Of a stretch of DNA of 64,000 nt, positions 61,336 to 64,000 are shown piece by piece (the first letter of the stretch is position 1; every line of letters starts with the position of its first letter). The notes beneath the pieces are model-generated. The model did not search any database, was not told the origin of the DNA, and saw nothing but the letters and a program-made list of their open reading frames with translations. The position numbers and the translations under genes were made by a program. The DNA is from Limisphaerales bacterium (GTDB lineage: Bacteria; Verrucomicrobiota; Verrucomicrobiia; Limisphaerales; JBGAJN01): positions 204,705 through 268,704 of the forward strand of contig JBGAJN010000001.1 of the NCBI GenBank assembly GCA_044224905.1. Reading direction: 5' to 3'.

Positions 61336-62796
61336 ATGAATCCGGAATCACCTTCACCCACCCCACCCGCCCCGGCATTTCCCACCTTCGTTCCCGAAAC
61401 GCCGAGTCAACGGACGCCGCTGAGCTGGCGATTTGGAATCGCCGCAGCGGTTTTAGTTTTGGGACTGGCCAGTTACGCGCTGCGCGATGCAATCGGCTTG
61501 CGCGGTCAGGCATTCGCAGGAGTGTTCTGTTTTTTTGGTCTGGTCGCGATGTGTTCCTCAAATTTGCGGGCGGTAAACTGGCGCACGATCGGTTGGGGCG
61601 TGGCGCTGCAAATCATTCTCGCGCTGCTGGTGCTCAAGGTGCAGGTCGAGATCGGCGGCAAGGTTTACAGTGTCTCAGGCGCGTTGAACGCGGCGAAGGT
61701 GGTCGTGGTAAGTTTCATCGACTTCTCAGACAAGGGCGCGGAGTTCGTCTTCGGCAACCTCGCGCACCCGGGTGATATTGCGCTCAATCCGGGCAAGGAG
61801 TTCATGTTCATCTTCGCCTTCAAGGCGCTTCCGCCCATTCTGTTCGTTTCCGCATTCTTCACGGTGCTGTATCACTACGGAGTTTTGCAGCGCATCGTGC
61901 GAATGATGGCCAAGGTGATGGTGCACCTGATGGGCACCAGTGGCGCGGAGACGCTGTCGGTTTCGGCCAACGTCTTCATGGGGCAAACCGAGGCGCCGTT
62001 GATCGTGAAACCTTACGTGCCGCGGATGACGAATTCGGAATTATTCACGATGATGGCCAGCGGTATGGCGCACATTTCGGGCGGCATGATGGTGGTCTAC
62101 ATCAATTACGGCGCCGATCCGGTGGCCGTGTTGACCACGTGCATCATGGCGTGTCCGGGCAGTCTGTATCTGGCGAAGCTCTTCATGCCGGAGGTCGGTA
62201 AACCGGAAACGGCGGGCTCGGTTCAAGCGCCACTCCAGAAGTCCAATTACGCCAACGGAATCGATGCGGCGGCGGCGGGTACCGGCGACGGTTTACGCCT
62301 AGCGCTGAACGTGGCCGCGATGTTGATCGTATTCATCGCCTTCGTCGCGATGTTCGATGCGTTGCTCGGATTGATCAAACCAGGCCTCGGTCATGTCGGC
62401 ATCGAATTGGGCGCTTGGGCCGATGGGCTCTCGCTGCGAAAGCTGTTCGGGTGGCTATTCTCACCGGTCGCGTTCCTGATGGGTGTAGAAACAGCGGACG
62501 TTTCGAAGGTCGGCAGCCTGCTCGGCGCGAAGCTGGCGATCAACGAGCACTACGCCTACCTGCAAATGAAGGGATGGAAAGCGATTCCAGATTTCATGTC
62601 CGCCCGGTCATATCAATTAACGGCCTTCGCCTTGACCGGTTTCGCAAACTTCGCCTCGGTAGGCATCCAACTCGGCGGCATCGGCGCGATGGCCCCCGAT
62701 CGTCGACACGATCTCGCGCGCTTGGGCTTGAAAGCACTCTTCGTGGGCTTCACCGCCACATTGCTCAACGCTGCCATCGCCGGGATCTTCATATAG
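61336..62796 (+). CDS. nupC: NupC/CNT-family concentrative nucleoside transporter
   Basis: 486 aa and polytopic. 'FVFGNL', 'FMGQTEAPLIVKPY' and 'MASGMAHISGGMMVVY' are characteristic CNT motifs. Confidence 0.85.
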   Translation: MNPESPSPTPPAPAFPTFVPETPSQRTPLSWRFGIAAAVLVLGLASYALRDAIGLRGQAFAGVFCFFGLVAMCSSNLRAVNWRTIGWGVALQIILALLVLKVQVEIGGKVYSVSGALNAAKVVVVSFIDFSDKGAEFVFGNLAHPGDIALNPGKEFMFIFAFKALPPILFVSAFFTVLYHYGVLQRIVRMMAKVMVHLMGTSGAETLSVSANVFMGQTEAPLIVKPYVPRMTNSELFTMMASGMAHISGGMMVVYINYGADPVAVLTTCIMACPGSLYLAKLFMPEVGKPETAGSVQAPLQKSNYANGIDAAAAGTGDGLRLALNVAAMLIVFIAFVAMFDALLGLIKPGLGHVGIELGAWADGLSLRKLFGWLFSPVAFLMGVETADVSKVGSLLGAKLAINEHYAYLQMKGWKAIPDFMSARSYQLTAFALTGFANFASVGIQLGGIGAMAPDRRHDLARLGLKALFVGFTATLLNAAIAGIFI

Positions 62797-63013
62797 TGAG
62801 CAACGCGCAATTTGCGCAACTTTCGCGCAAATTATTTCTCAAAGCCCCCTGTTACATCATACCCGCCTGCTGCGTCATTCTAGGCGCGCATCGTGCTAAC
62901 AGATTGACTGCTCGGCACGGAGCCGATTACAACTATTTTAGAACAAATCCGAACCGGGTGCGTCGAAACTCAAGTTAGCGTCGGATGCAACCGAAGTACC
63001 GAGGAATAACCGG

Positions 63014-63925
63014 GTGAAAAATATTGTCGCCATCAAGATTGGTTTGTATGCCGTGTTCGCCATCGGGCTGATCACGTTCGGAACCCTATTCTTCGGCGCA
63101 TACAACGCACCCCACAAGCCGGCCACTAACGCCGCCACGGCCCCAGTTCAAGCATCCGGCAGCGGGGATTCAACCGACGAAAAGAAAACCGACGACACGC
63201 AGGTCAACGCGCAAGTGGTCCCCCATCCGCATTTTATGGGTTACCTTTCGCTGACAATTGCCTTCGGTATCGGCTTGGGGGTGCTGGCTGCCAAGGATAT
63301 CTCGGATTTGATCGGCACCCACGGCGTCGATTTTGTTTTCAATGACGACGGCGTTGGCCAGAAAGACCCCGACTACGAAGAGGCTGAGCAGGCCGCCATG
63401 AAAGGTAATCCCCTCGAAGCCGTCCAACTGCTCCGCGATTACCTGAACAAGCATCCGCGACGTATATACGCAGCATTGCGCATCGCCGACCTTTACGAAT
63501 CGAACCTCAACAATCCCCGCGCAGCATCGCTTGAATACGAGGAAATCCTCAAACAGAAGCTCCCCGCAGAACGCTGGGGCTGGGCAGCGATTCACCTCGC
63601 CAATCTTTACTCTGGAAAACTGAACGAGACCGACAAAGCGGTCGCCATCCTGCATCGCATTGTGAAGGAATACGGCCAGACCGCCGCTGCAAAGAAGGCA
63701 CGCGAACGTCTGGGCATTTCGGCAGACGAACCCGTCAACGCCGGTCCCAAGCTTCCCTCGGGATTCACCGCGCGCGACAAAGGCGAGCGTTTCAACCACA
63801 ACGAGCCAGCTTCCGTTTCATTGGAATCGAGCGGCGAAACCGCCACGGAAATCGAAGAAGAGTCCGTCGACTCCACACCAGCCCCATCGAATCTCCCGCC
63901 GGGCTTCCGCCCCCGTAACGGGTAA
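63014..63925 (+). CDS. Membrane-anchored TPR-like hypothetical protein
   Basis: GTG start with GAGGAA 8 nt upstream. There is an N-terminal TM 'IGLYAVFAIGLITFGTLFFGA', a second TM, and helical-repeat text 'GNPLEAVQLLRDYLNKHPRRIYAALRIADLY'. Confidence 0.55.
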   Translation: MKNIVAIKIGLYAVFAIGLITFGTLFFGAYNAPHKPATNAATAPVQASGSGDSTDEKKTDDTQVNAQVVPHPHFMGYLSLTIAFGIGLGVLAAKDISDLIGTHGVDFVFNDDGVGQKDPDYEEAEQAAMKGNPLEAVQLLRDYLNKHPRRIYAALRIADLYESNLNNPRAASLEYEEILKQKLPAERWGWAAIHLANLYSGKLNETDKAVAILHRIVKEYGQTAAAKKARERLGISADEPVNAGPKLPSGFTARDKGERFNHNEPASVSLESSGETATEIEEESVDSTPAPSNLPPGFRPRNG

Positions 63926-64000
63926 GCCACTTTCCTCCCGTGCGTGGAATCTTGCCACGCCGTTTCACTTCCGCTACCGTCCGCCCCTTGATTCGGCGGC

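Noticed and set aside
62797-62850. Short GC hairpins after nupC (GCGCA-att-TGCGC and TTGCGC-aactttc-GCGCAA) considered as a terminator
   Set aside because: The stems are only 5-6 bp and the following T-tract is interrupted (ATTATTTCT). This is too weak to report as a feature.

Overview
This is a 64 kb, roughly 60% GC window that reads as a chromosomal segment of a PVC-type (Verrucomicrobiota-like) bacterium. That placement is inferred from the gene families only. All homology calls come from motifs read by eye in the supplied translations and DNA, since no search tools were available. The ORF track labels alternative starts (GTG/TTG) as M and takes the most upstream start. I therefore re-set many starts using signal peptides, neighbouring stops and ATGA overlaps.

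Most of the window is ordinary core genome: an aminotransferase, clpP-clpX, tag, leuA, ppk1, priA, dnaE, a MacAB-type efflux operon, a NifS-like/ApbC pair, pyrR-pyrB, a pdxA-family gene with a DUF1537 kinase, rhaB-like, nupC, tRNA-Tyr and tRNA-Phe. It also contains several secreted or Tat-exported proteins of unknown role.

Four things stand out:
1. priA carries a discrete 618-bp in-frame insertion. It encodes a complete HUH/Y1 (RAYT / IS200-like) transposase domain. It is bounded by a 9-bp direct repeat and by paired GC-rich palindromes that form imperfect terminal inverted repeats with compensatory changes. Removing it restores a canonical-length PriA linker.
2. The left 3.6 kb is the end of an integrative element abutting the 3' end of tRNA-Tyr. 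It holds a Toprim-like/DUF3987-like replication module and AT-richer cargo: an orphan trypco2-like gene and a coupled membrane-protein/lipoprotein pair.
3. A leucine-codon leader ORF with antiterminator/terminator alternatives lies upstream of leuA, and a PyrR-type attenuator lies upstream of pyrR.
4. The NifS-like protein has Arg in place of the PLP-binding Lys.

No CRISPR array, rRNA or recognisable defence-system enzyme was seen.
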